DNA of 64,000 nucleotides from Selaginella moellendorffii (lineage: Eukaryota > Plantae > Lycopodiophyta). A program made the translations under genes and the position numbers. Within the stretch, counting starts at the first letter, position 1. Each line of letters opens with the position of its first letter. Location of the stretch: the NCBI RefSeq assembly GCF_000143415.4, contig NW_003314339.1, positions 489,751 through 553,750 on the forward strand. Reading direction: 5' to 3'. A model generated the notes under the pieces. The model was not told where the DNA came from. It made no database searches and saw only the letters and a program-made list of their open reading frames with translations. Below, piece by piece: positions 11,784-21,807 of this stretch.

Positions 11784-13012
11784 ATATATTCTGATTTTAA
11801 TATAAATTATATTGTTTAATATATTATTTTCTTTTTTTGTAGACTAAAAGATTAGTTCATGTCGAACCAATAATCTACATGAGCTTATGGAATACCTTAA
11901 ACACCTAGATTTTATGTTAAAAATTCTTGGTTCGGGACGAACTAAGGTAGTGCCATTAAACTTTCGCTAGTTAGGGGATTGTATTGACTTCCTTTGACTT
12001 TCGTTGACTTTCATTGACTTGAGCTCAGCTCAAAAACTACCCAGCCCCACCCTGGGGGGTTTGGTGAGCTCCAAAAGTATAGTAAGGGGGAGGACTGCAG
12101 TGGAGCCAGTTTGGCCAGGAAAGGCCAGTTTGGCCCAGGAAGGCCGGACCCAGTGTTGGGTGATGAGCTGCCCACTAGGAAGTCCAAGACTAGAGTGAAC
12201 ACAGACTGACAAGTGGGGTAGCTTGGTGAAGTGTTCAAGAGCCAACTCTAGTTCCCCCGGGAGATCGATTGGCCGATGCTCCCAATCCAAGTGTGGGTGG
12301 CACTACCTACTTGGATACCTATCGTGGCTTAACGGAACCTCGCTCTAAGCCCATGGCAAGAGCACCTAAAGGTGAAAGGCGAGGAGAGTACCCATGAGGC
12401 TTGCGTAAGGCCACAGTGTTCCGAAATGTTGTCCCAAAGTCCCAAATGATGAAAGGGAAGAGGAGCAGGCCTTTAATGCAGTAACCAAGGATACGGTCAC
12501 ATGGTGAGGAAGTACCAAAGGATAATGGGACTTAGCGGTCGGGCCTGCAGGCCTTGATCCAATGGCAGTGTTGGCGAACATGGCCATGGACTAAAAGAGA
12601 CTTGGTGGGGACTGGAAAAGAGTTGTCGGGGAAGGCTATTCCCCATGTCTGCAGGCATCCTAAGGATGCTAAGGAGTAGATTTGGGATGATCACTCATGG
12701 ATGGATGGCCCAGTCTTTGAGAGACGGGACTATGATGTAGGTGGCGTTAGACCACCGGTGTGACCAAGGTGAATGGGCATGGTCTTAGCGTAACGGGCCG
12801 ATATGTCGGGGGTACCTTGGGGTGTTGGTCATGGGATCGGACACGTGGAGCACTTGGGCCAAGTGCAAAGTTTGAGTGGTGGGGATGCCATTCTCGGGGC
12901 TAGCAAGCCCAAGTCCGAAATAGGACTTATGGAGGTTGTGAGTGAGACTCCTCCAAGTGGTTAGAGGTGTGGTTAAGTGACTAAAGTAGAATGGAAAAAT
13001 TAATCCCTTACA

Positions 13013-13927
13013 AAGTCTTGATGGAGAACAATAGAGGCTAACAAAAGACCGGTGGCCACTTGGGAAATGATGAAGGTGAGGATCCGTGTGACTTGCGTTC
13101 TTCCGAATGCTACGCTGCACCTAAGGGATGAGTTGAGTAGGTTGAAGCAGACCAGAGCATTCAAGAGTGTGAATGGGTTTATGCCAAAGAGGATACTTGT
13201 CATGGATATGGGTGATATGGATGTGTTCTATGCCTTCATATTAGGCTTGCAAAGCTGGGTTCACGGCGAGGTGAATTGTTGGAACCTGACCAACTACAAG
13301 GAAGCATTGGATGCAACTATCAAGGCGCATTTTAATGATAACTTGCAAAAGGGGAACACGATGGGGTCAGGGTCCATATTTAGTAAAGGGGCCAAACCAA
13401 GGGGGATATATAGCAAAGGGAAATTCAAGAAGAGTTTCTTTAAGAATGAGTCCTCAGGGTTCCGGAAAGGCAGATCTAGTGGCCAGCGAGCAAGTATGTG
13501 GGGGAGTCAAGCGAAAAAAGACAAACTGACGGATTAAAAGATCAAGTCTGCTAGTAGCGTGGGAAACAACATGCTTTAACTATGGTGAAGCGGGACACTT
13601 TTCGAGGGAATGTCCATACCCGAAGAATGCCAAAGCCAATATGGTCATTAAGTCGAGTGAAATTCAAATTAAAGTATGTGATCTAGTTTCTAGCTCAAAG
13701 TTACTCATTACATAAGAAACTTTGGTAGAGAGTTGTTTGCGACATTTATTAGCCCTCCGAGGAAAGGCTAGAGGGACATAAGGAGAAAGCTAGAGGCCCA
13801 ACTTCCCTTGAGCAAGAAATCAACCCCATCGGGAAGATTTAGACAATTATTATAAACTGGCAGATTAAGTTGTTTACACGACCACGCCCCTTTTCAAAAG
13901 TGAGTCATCAAGAGAGAGGCGGGGACT
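13013..13927 (+). pseudogene. gag: Degenerate Ty3/gypsy gag remnant followed by a PPT-like tract
   Basis: TWEMMK...LRDELSRLKQT...FILGLQSWV capsid-like segment; decayed knuckle CFNYGEAGHFSRECP at ~13572-13617; AAGAGAGAGGCGGGGAC precedes TGTG at 13928. Confidence 0.65.
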
Positions 13928-14095
13928 TGTGATTAGTCTATAATAGTTATCCCCATGGTTATGGATTGGACCCATGCACTGAAGTGCTGAAGTCAGCCTG
14001 CCAAAATTGACCCAAACGAGAGAAACGACACTTTGATTTATAGAAATATATTACTTTATTGATTTGCAAGATTTATTACAAGATTTTTACAAAAG

Positions 14096-14702
14096 CTAGT
14101 TTTTATTACTATTCTCATACTCTGTGACAAGCTCACGAGCATGGGTAAAATTACTAAGAGGTTCCCAAGTTAATTCACAAGTCGGGTAACCTTTCCACTT
14201 AACTAGATATTCCTTTGCACAACCACCATGTTTCTGGCAACATGACAGAATGCTTTCAACTTCGTATTCAGGTTCACCATCCACAACTTCTGGCGGTGGA
14301 CGAATTTCCCCGTGGCGCTGAACATCCATAGTGTAAGGAGCCAATAGATTGGCATGAAATACATTATGAATATTGGACATCTCCATAAGAAGATCCAACC
14401 AATAGGATACATCACCAATTCATTTTAACACCTGATAGGGTCCAACATATCTCGGTAACAACTTCCGAGACAAAGATCCCTTAGTATTCAAGTTCCGGGA
14501 AGATAGCCACACCTGATCTCCCACTTGATAGGATACATTCCGACAATGCTGATCCTTATCACGTCGATACCTATCCTGAGCTTTGCCCATCGCCTCAGTA
14601 GCTCTAGATCAACCTTGGTGTAGCTGCTCTGCATAAGTCTCAACGGCCGGGACCAACATGTTGGACATTGGTTTCAGTACAACAATCTGTTGAGGCACTC
14701 CA
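14096..14702 (-). pseudogene. Old chromovirus integrase C-terminus with chromodomain (host of later insertions)
   Basis: GPY/F-like region, HNVFHANLLAPY, EYEVESIL...EYLVKWKGYPTCELTWEP; contains stops. Confidence 0.85.
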
Positions 14703-17700
14703 TGTTATGATCCGGCGCAAAAAAAACAAAGATCTCGTTGCCCTAGACTATGCTACGCTACCTCTTGAGGTTCCTCACCACCCAACCACCCCCGAGCTAC
14801 CTCAAAAGCTCCACTGCGCCGCCGCTCCACTGTGAGCCCTAGGGTAGGTTAAGTCCCTTACCCTAATATGCCTTAATATACCCTTGAGCCTCCCTTTGAC
14901 CGACGTTGACCACGTAGTCAAAGCTGGCGCCTAACAATTCTTTCCCCCCAACAAAGTCCTTGTCCCAAGGACGAGTTGTACCGGTGATCACCCTTTCTGG
15001 GGAATCCTGCTCAAGCTCCTAGTCCATCTTCCACAGCCGTATACATCAAGGAGGCATTGGGCCCNNNNNNNNNNNNNNNNNNNNNNNNNNNNNNNNNNNN
15101 NNNNNNNNNNNNNNNNNNNNNNNNNNNNNNNNNNNNNNNNNNNNNNNNNNNNNNNNNNNNNNNNNNNNNNNNNNNNNNNNNNNNNNNNNNNNNNNNNNNN
15201 NNNNNNNNNNNNNNNCTCTTCCCTATCCGTAAAGGCACCAAGGTGTTCCGCCGCTCACTTGACGGAAAGATCACTCGCACGAAGACGAGATCACCCACCT
15301 TATATTCCCGGAATTGGCGATGCTCATTAGCAAACTTCTCCGCTCTATCCTGAGCTGCTTGCAAATTCCGTTTGCATACCACCAGAATCTCATCAAGTTC
15401 TGTGGCCAGATCAGTTGCCTCGGAATCAAGCTTTTCTTGAACATCCTTACTCAAATGCAATCCCAACTCCACTGCTGTTCGAGGATGCCTTCCAAACATC
15501 GCAAAGTAAGGACTTAACTTGGTTCCACTGTGTTGGCTATTGTTGTAAGCAAATTGCACCAACGGAAGATATAGATCCCATTGTCCTTGCCTTTGACCAA
15601 TGCTACAACGTAGCATATCCTCCACCACCTGATTCACACGCTCAGTTTGCCCATCCGTCTGAGGATGATCTCCACTCGAGAGTTTCAAAGTCACTTGCAT
15701 AGCCTTTGCAAAGCTTTTCCAAAATCCACTGGTGAACTTTGAATCTCGATCACTAATGATGTCCTCCGGCAAACCAAAATCAGGAAAAACCTTCTCCAAG
15801 TAAACCGCAGCCAAGTCTGAGGCAGTGACAGTCTTCCGAAGAGCCAACAACCGCACATACTTTGTCAACCGATCTACTATGACCCATACTTGCTCCTTTT
15901 GCCTCTGTGTTCGTGGCAAACAAGTGATGAAGTCCATAGAGATACTACACCAACGGCTCTGAGGAATAGGTAAAGGTTGCAAAAGTCCCCCCGGCTTCTC
16001 CCGTGGCACCTTAACCCGCTGACAAAGCTCGCATGATTTACAATACTTGAGGATATCAGCCTTCATATTCCTCCAATAAAAGTTGCGCTTAATCAACTCA
16101 TACGTCTTCTTCCCCCCAAAATGACCGGCCTCTGGACGATCATGATAGTGGAATAAAACTTGAGTAATTAACGCATCCACCCGTGGCAAATAGACACGGC
16201 CATTGTAGTAGAGAATCCCATCCACCAATGAGAAAGGAGCGTCCATCTGGTCTCGCAAAGAGGCCACCTCAGCATCCTGAGCCTGAGCATGCTCAACCAA
16301 CTGCCCAAACTCGCTGACCACCTTACTCAACTGATGACAAAATCGTGTTCGTAACATCGTCACATGACGAACACGAGATAAAGCATCCGCCACCACATTT
16401 GATTTTCCCGGACGATGCTCAATAGGAAACTCCCCAAACTCCATGAGTTTGACCATCCAACAAGCTTGCCTAGTGTTCAACTCCTTCTGTGTGAAAAGAT
16501 ACACAAGTGGTTTGTGATCTGTCAACACCACGAACACTGCACCATAAAGATAGTGCCGCCACGTCCGCAAAGCATGAACAATAGAGAGTAACTCTTGCTC
16601 ATATGTGGAATAGCGTTGCTCCGCGGAATTCAAAGTTCGACTCTCATATGCAATAGGCTGTCCCTCTTGCATGAGAACTCCTCCCAGTGCATAACCACTC
16701 GCATCGCATGTCACCTCGTAAGGTTTCGATGGATCAGCAATGCGAAGCACTGGAGCCTCGATCAACAATCGTTTCAGAGCCACAAAACTCTCCTCTTGTG
16801 GCGTCTTCCACTCGAATGGCACATTCTTGCGTAACAACCGCGTCAACGGAATAGCCACCTCTGCAAACTTATGCTGGAAACGTCGGTAGTAACTAGCCAT
16901 ACCAAGAAAACTGCGCAACTCGGCCACTGTAGTCGGTGTAGGCCAGTTTTCCACCACAGCCACCTTCCTTGGATCCGTCTTGACACCCTTAGATGTCACA
17001 ATATGGCCTAGATATTCCACCTCCGACTTTGCAAATTCACATTTGCTCTTCTTCGCATAAAGTTTGCTGTCTCGAAGTAACAAAAGAACCTTGCGCAAAT
17101 GCACCCTATGCTCCTCCATATTCTTGCTAAAAACAAGAATATCGTCCAAGAAAATCTCCACAAACTCATGAAGATAACGCCCAAATACCTCCGTCATCAA
17201 CCGAGTAAATGTGGCCGGTGCATTCGTCAAACCAAACGGCATAACGGTAAACTCAAAATGTCCAAAGCTTGTGTTGAATGCCGTCTTGGAGATAGATGCA
17301 TCATCCATTGCAATCTGATGATATCCACTCCTCAGATCAATATTGGTAAACACTCGTGCTTCACCAAGTTTGTCTAGGATATCATCCACACGTGGCATCG
17401 GCATCTTGTCCTTCACTGTCTTCTTGTTTAAAGCACGGTAGTCAATACACATCCGCATTGAACCGTCCTTCTTCTTCACAAGCAAGACTGGAGCACCAAA
17501 CGGAGACTTACTTGGCTGAATAAATCCAAACTCAAGTAACTCCTTGACTTGTCGTTGAACTTCTTGCTCCTCCGCATAACTTAACCGAAATGGACGCCGG
17601 TAAATTGGCCGCGTCCCCAGCTCCAATGTAATCCCATGCTCCACACCTCGTAATGGAGGCAATCCATGAGGAAGTTCAGATGGAAAAACATCAGAAAACT

Positions 17701-19623
17701 CATCAAGTACATCCCGTACTACTGCTTCTCCCCCACACGTGCCTTGGTCCCCCAAGTCACGAACAAACAGCAAGTAACTTGAAAGTGCTTTTCCATTACG
17801 ACAAGCCCGCTTCAAAGATGTAGCAGAGAGCATAATAACTGGTGGTTGAACGCCCTCGCCAAACCACACATCTTTAACGCCACTATACTCCAGCGAGATA
17901 CGCTTAATGCTCCACTTTATCTCTGGATCCACCTTCACCAACCATGGCATCCCAAGAATGAGATCCACACGATGGATATCCGCGAGATAAAAAGTCTCCA
18001 CAAGTGTGGTTTTGCCAACCAACACTTCCAGCCCCTCGACACAAGCATCGAAATGCTGAGCAGAGGTAGCTGCACCTTCCACTGTGTATGGAAGAACTCC
18101 ACGTGTGTTCAGGCGATGCTCCGCAACAAACTTTGCCGAAACAAAGTTGTCATCGCTCCCACTATCCAGTAAAATCCGCACTGGATCGCCACGGAACCCG
18201 CCCTCCAGCATTAAAGCTGATTCACGCGTATCCTCAAGCTCCATCTTGTTCCACACACAGTTGAGCTGACGAGCAACGATCGAAAGTCGCTTCCTCCGAC
18301 CGGAATGGTCGTTCTCCTCCTCCTCACGCTGCAAAGTTTGCAACTTTTTAGTATCGGACTTACCGTGAGAAGAAGATTGGCCATTCTTCTTGTCCTGCTG
18401 CTTGTTCTTCAACTGCGGACAATCAGCCTTGTAGTGTCCAAGTTCGCCGCAATGATGACAACCCTGTCTATAATTCTTCACAAAGAACTTCTGCTTCTTG
18501 GACCCCTTTGCATCCGAGGTAGTCACCACCGACTTCAACTTGTGATGCTTGTTCCCATCCTTGTGTCCATGGCGATCATCACGACGATTCTCGACAGAAG
18601 GACTCCGCGAATGCTTGCGAGACTTGTGCTTGTCATTATCAAGTCGACGAGCCGCATCAAAGAGCTCCTCCAAACTCTTTGTAGGCTGAGAATGACGCAA
18701 GTGTTGCCGCATGCTCTCACTATGTAGGCCATCAATGAAGTAGGACTTGTTCTGATCTGGATCCTTCGTTGGAACACGACTAATCAAGCGAGTAAGCTTC
18801 TCAATATAATCCCCAAGCGTCATTTTCCCTTGCTGGAAATGGCGAAGTTCTGTACGAGCATTCTCCACGTCGTAATGAGGGGCAAAACGTAAACGAAAAG
18901 CAGCCTCAAACTCATCCATGGTAGATACTGGTGATTTCTTATCCGCAACACGGGACTCCTCAAGCCAATTCCACCATCGAAGACCCGCATCACGCAAAAC
19001 CATCGGAATAGCCACTAAAGCCTCTGCATCTGGAGTTCCTCTAGCAGCCAAGAACTTCTTCACATTGGCTAGCCAAGTGAGACACTCATCCACACCACCA
19101 TCACCGGAAAAGGTTGGAATCTTGAGTCGATCTACCAAAGAAGGCTTACTTGGAGCGCTACCCCGTCCAGCCTCGAGTGCCTCAACACGCCCACGCATGG
19201 TATCCATCATGCCATGCATCTCGTCTTGCATCTCTTGCTGATTTTTATTAAGGGCTCGCAGCTCATGAACCACATCTTGAATGGTCCAAATCTCCGCAGC
19301 TACGTCGGCACCATCGTCCGCACCACCATCGATGATAGGATTCCAGCGTTCAGCTTGGTCGGCCATCGCAACCAATCCTCTGATACCAATGTTATGATCC
19401 GGCGCAAAAAAAACAAAGATCTCGTTGCCCTAGACTATGCTACGCCACCTCTTGAGGTTCCTCACCACCCAACCACCCCCGAGCTACCTCAAAAGCTCCA
19501 CTGCGCCGCCGCTCCACTGTGAGCCCTAGGGTAGGTTAAGTCCCTTACCCTAATATGCCTTAATATACCCTTGAGCCTCCCTTTGACCGACGTTGACCAC
19601 GTAGTCAAAGCTGGCGCCTAACA
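14703..19623 (-). mobile_element. Young full-length Ty3/gypsy LTR retrotransposon, 4.9 kb
   Basis: 234-bp TG..CA LTRs at 14703-14936 and 19390-19623 with one visible difference; TSD CTCCA on both sides; PBS TGGTATCAGAG (tRNA-Met) at ~19378-19388; PPT GGGGGGAAAGAA at ~14938-14949. Confidence 0.97.
15011..19375 (-). CDS. Single-ORF gag-pol polyprotein (gag, CCHC knuckle, protease, RT, RNase H, integrase)
   Basis: CHHCGELGHYKADC; LLDSGS; IFLDDIL; CDASGY; HD..AGH..CELC; ISDRD; DGQTERVN; C-terminus obscured by an N gap. Confidence 0.97.
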   Translation of the reverse strand: MVAMADQAERWNPIIDGGADDGADVAAEIWTIQDVVHELRALNKNQQEMQDEMHGMMDTMRGRVEALEAGRGSAPSKPSLVDRLKIPTFSGDGGVDECLTWLANVKKFLAARGTPDAEALVAIPMVLRDAGLRWWNWLEESRVADKKSPVSTMDEFEAAFRLRFAPHYDVENARTELRHFQQGKMTLGDYIEKLTRLISRVPTKDPDQNKSYFIDGLHSESMRQHLRHSQPTKSLEELFDAARRLDNDKHKSRKHSRSPSVENRRDDRHGHKDGNKHHKLKSVVTTSDAKGSKKQKFFVKNYRQGCHHCGELGHYKADCPQLKNKQQDKKNGQSSSHGKSDTKKLQTLQREEEENDHSGRRKRLSIVARQLNCVWNKMELEDTRESALMLEGGFRGDPVRILLDSGSDDNFVSAKFVAEHRLNTRGVLPYTVEGAATSAQHFDACVEGLEVLVGKTTLVETFYLADIHRVDLILGMPWLVKVDPEIKWSIKRISLEYSGVKDVWFGEGVQPPVIMLSATSLKRACRNGKALSSYLLFVRDLGDQGTCGGEAVVRDVLDEFSDVFPSELPHGLPPLRGVEHGITLELGTRPIYRRPFRLSYAEEQEVQRQVKELLEFGFIQPSKSPFGAPVLLVKKKDGSMRMCIDYRALNKKTVKDKMPMPRVDDILDKLGEARVFTNIDLRSGYHQIAMDDASISKTAFNTSFGHFEFTVMPFGLTNAPATFTRLMTEVFGRYLHEFVEIFLDDILVFSKNMEEHRVHLRKVLLLLRDSKLYAKKSKCEFAKSEVEYLGHIVTSKGVKTDPRKVAVVENWPTPTTVAELRSFLGMASYYRRFQHKFAEVAIPLTRLLRKNVPFEWKTPQEESFVALKRLLIEAPVLRIADPSKPYEVTCDASGYALGGVLMQEGQPIAYESRTLNSAEQRYSTYEQELLSIVHALRTWRHYLYGAVFVVLTDHKPLVYLFTQKELNTRQACWMVKLMEFGEFPIEHRPGKSNVVADALSRVRHVTMLRTRFCHQLSKVVSEFGQLVEHAQAQDAEVASLRDQMDAPFSLVDGILYYNGRVYLPRVDALITQVLFHYHDRPEAGHFGGKKTYELIKRNFYWRNMKADILKYCKSCELCQRVKVPREKPGGLLQPLPIPQSRWCSISMDFITCLPRTQRQKEQVWVIVDRLTKYVRLLALRKTVTASDLAAVYLEKVFPDFGLPEDIISDRDSKFTSGFWKSFAKAMQVTLKLSSGDHPQTDGQTERVNQVVEDMLRCSIGQRQGQWDLYLPLVQFAYNNSQHSGTKLSPYFAMFGRHPRTAVELGLHLSKDVQEKLDSEATDLATELDEILVVCKRNLQAAQDRAEKFANEHRQFREYKVGDLVFVRVIFPSSERRNTLVPLRIGKXXXXXXXXXXXXXXXXXXXXXXXXXXXXXXXXXXXXXXXXXXXXXXXXXXXGPNASLMYTAVEDGLGA

Positions 19624-19672
19624 CTCCACGAGCATTTCCTTGCAGCATCTCCCATGGAGAACAGCTAATAGT

Positions 19673-20101
19673 TGTGAAACACAAAATCCCTAGGCCCCAA
19701 AGTGCAGCCAGAAGGGTGCCACGTGGTAGTGGCCGAAGCGAGAGCCGAACGAGCGTAACATGTTTGGACCAAAAGCTCCGACTTGAAAAGTCAAGAGCGG
19801 GAGTGGAACTCCCAATGAAGTGCTCGAGGAACGAGCACGAAGCGAGCAAAAAGCGAGGCTCCAAAAAGGGACCCAAAAGGACCAACACATGACACGTGGA
19901 AGTGTCCGAGATGGACCCGAGTTGGAGTCCGAAGTGGAGTCCGAAATGGACCCGAGTTGGAGTCCGAGATGGAGTCCGAGATGGAGTCCGAGATGGAGTC
20001 CCAGGTGGACCCGAGATGGACCCGAAATGGAGTCCGAGATGGAGTCCGAGATGGACCCGAGATGGACCCGAGATGGAGTCCGAAGTCGAGACCGAGACCG
20101 G

Positions 20102-20139
<38 letters not shown>

Positions 20140-21222
20140 TCGGGACCGAGACCGAGACCGAGGCCAAGGCCGAGTCCGAGTCTGAGTCCGAGTCCGAGTC
20201 CGAGTCCGAGTCCGAGTTCGAGTCTGAGAGGGTGAAAGCCCAAAGCGTTCGTCTCCCAGACCCTGGGGGGTTTGGTGAGCTCCAAAAGTATAGTAGGGGG
20301 AGGCTTGCAGTGGAGCCAGTTTGGCCAGGAAAGGCCAGTTTGGCCCAGGAAGGCCGGACCCAGTGTTGGGTGATGAGCTGCCCACTGGGAAGTCCAAGAC
20401 TAGAGTGAACACAGACCGACAAGCGGGATAGCTTGGTGAAGTGTTCAAGAGCCGGCTCTAGTTCCCCCGGGAGATCGACTGGCCGATGCTCCCAGTCCAA
20501 GTGTGGGTGGCACTACCTACTTGGATACCTGGTGTGGCTCAACGGAACCCGCTCTAAGCCCATGGCTAGAGCACCCAAGGGCAGAAGGCGAGGAGAGTAC
20601 CCAGGTGGCTCGCGTAAGGCCACGGTGTTCCGAAATGTTGTCCCAAAGGCCCAGACTGTGGAAAGGAAGAGGAGCAGTCCTCTGGGGTAGTGACCAAGGA
20701 CACAGTCGTGTGGTGAGGAAGTCCCAGAGGACCGTGGGACTTAGTGGTCGGGCCTGTGGGTCTCGATCCAGTGGCAGTGTTGGCAAACACGGCCAGGGGC
20801 AGAAAGGGACTTAGTGGGGACTGACAGAGGGATATTGGGGAAGGCTATTCCCGTTGTCGGTGGGCATCCTAAGGATGCTAAGGAGTGGATCTGAGATGAC
20901 CACTCACGGATGGTTTGCCTGGTTTTGGAGAGCCAAGACTGTGATGCAAGTGGTATTGGACTACCAGTGTGGCAAAGGTGATTGGGCATGGCCTTAGCGT
21001 ATCAAGCTGCCATGTCGGTGGTACCTTTGAGTGTCGGTCATGGGATCGGACACGTGGAGCACTTGGACCAAGTGCAAATGTTGAGTGGCATGGATGCCAT
21101 TCTCGGGGCTAGCAAGTCCCGAGTCCTGGATTGGACTTATGGAGGTTGTCAATGAGACTCCTCCAAGTGGTCAGAGGTGTGGTTAAGTGACTAAAGTAGA
21201 ATGGAAAATTTAGTCGCTTACA
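19673..21222 (+). repeat. Solo LTR of family LTR-A (1550 bp)
   Basis: TGTGAAACAC...GTCGCTTACA flanked by TSD ATAGT at 19668-19672 and 21223-21227. Confidence 0.95.
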
Positions 21223-21227
21223 ATAGT

Positions 21228-21807
21228 GTTGTGAAATGTGTTGCTATAACAAATTTCTGCTGTATCCAAATGCTCAACCAAGTCGCGTTGGTTTGCCGCG
21301 ACATAGTACCACAGATAATCCTCAACTTGAGCATTCACGTGTTTGGTCTGCCCATCGGTTTGAGGATGATAAGCCGTACTAAACTTCAACGTGGTACCAA
21401 ACAGCTGGAACAATGTGCCCCAAAACTTCCCCGTAAACCTCTAATCTCTATTGGGAAGACCACAAACTCGCACTACTTCATGGAAAAAGAGCTTTGCTGC
21501 TTGTTTCACATTCACTGTTCTCACAGTTGGAATGAAGTGTGCAATTTTTGACAACCGATCCACAACCACCATCAAAGTATCATAACCCTTAGACTTTTGC
21601 AAGCAAGTGACAAAATCAAGTGTCACACTCTGAAATGGCCATGCCAGTGCTGGAATGCACTGCAACTTTCCAGCCTACTTCTCAGTTCTGCACTTACATT
21701 ACTGGCATAAAGAGCAGGAACAGACATAATCCACTACATAACCTTCTATACCAGACCAAAAAATTCCCTTTTTCAACGAAGCCAGAGTCTTCCACTTTCC
21801 ACTATGC
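21228..21807 (-). pseudogene. Integrase core remnant of the old gypsy element (continues in 19629-19672 and 14096-14702)
   Basis: PFQSVTLDFVTCL..MVVVDRLSKIAHF and STAYHPQTDGQT; frameshifted. Confidence 0.85.

Larger units (their letters stand above)
3109..12048 (-). mobile_element. Mutator-like DNA transposon (MULE), ~8.9 kb, short imperfect TIRs, two divergent genes
   Basis: TSD ACCCTGGG(G), 8-9 bp, at 3101 and 12049; ends GAGCCCGGGTAGGTTTTGAGC and GCTCAAAAACTACCCAGCCCC; MULE-type transposase inside; the empty site is visible in other LTR-A copies. Confidence 0.9.
2518..13012 (+). repeat. LTR-A long terminal repeat, split by the MULE insertion (2518-3108 and 12049-13012)
   Basis: Starts TGTGAGACAC and ends CCCTTACA; removing 3109-12056 restores CCCAGACCCTGGGGGGTTTGG as in the intact copy near 20260. 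Confidence 0.9.

Noticed and set aside
19377-19389. tRNA genes
   Set aside because: Only 11-12 nt primer-binding sites complementary to tRNA-Met are present; no cloverleaf was seen.
19550-20500. Recurrent MDWEHRPVDLPGELEP ORF in LTRs
   Set aside because: TTG start, and the recurrence is explained by LTR copy identity. Length and frame are not conserved.
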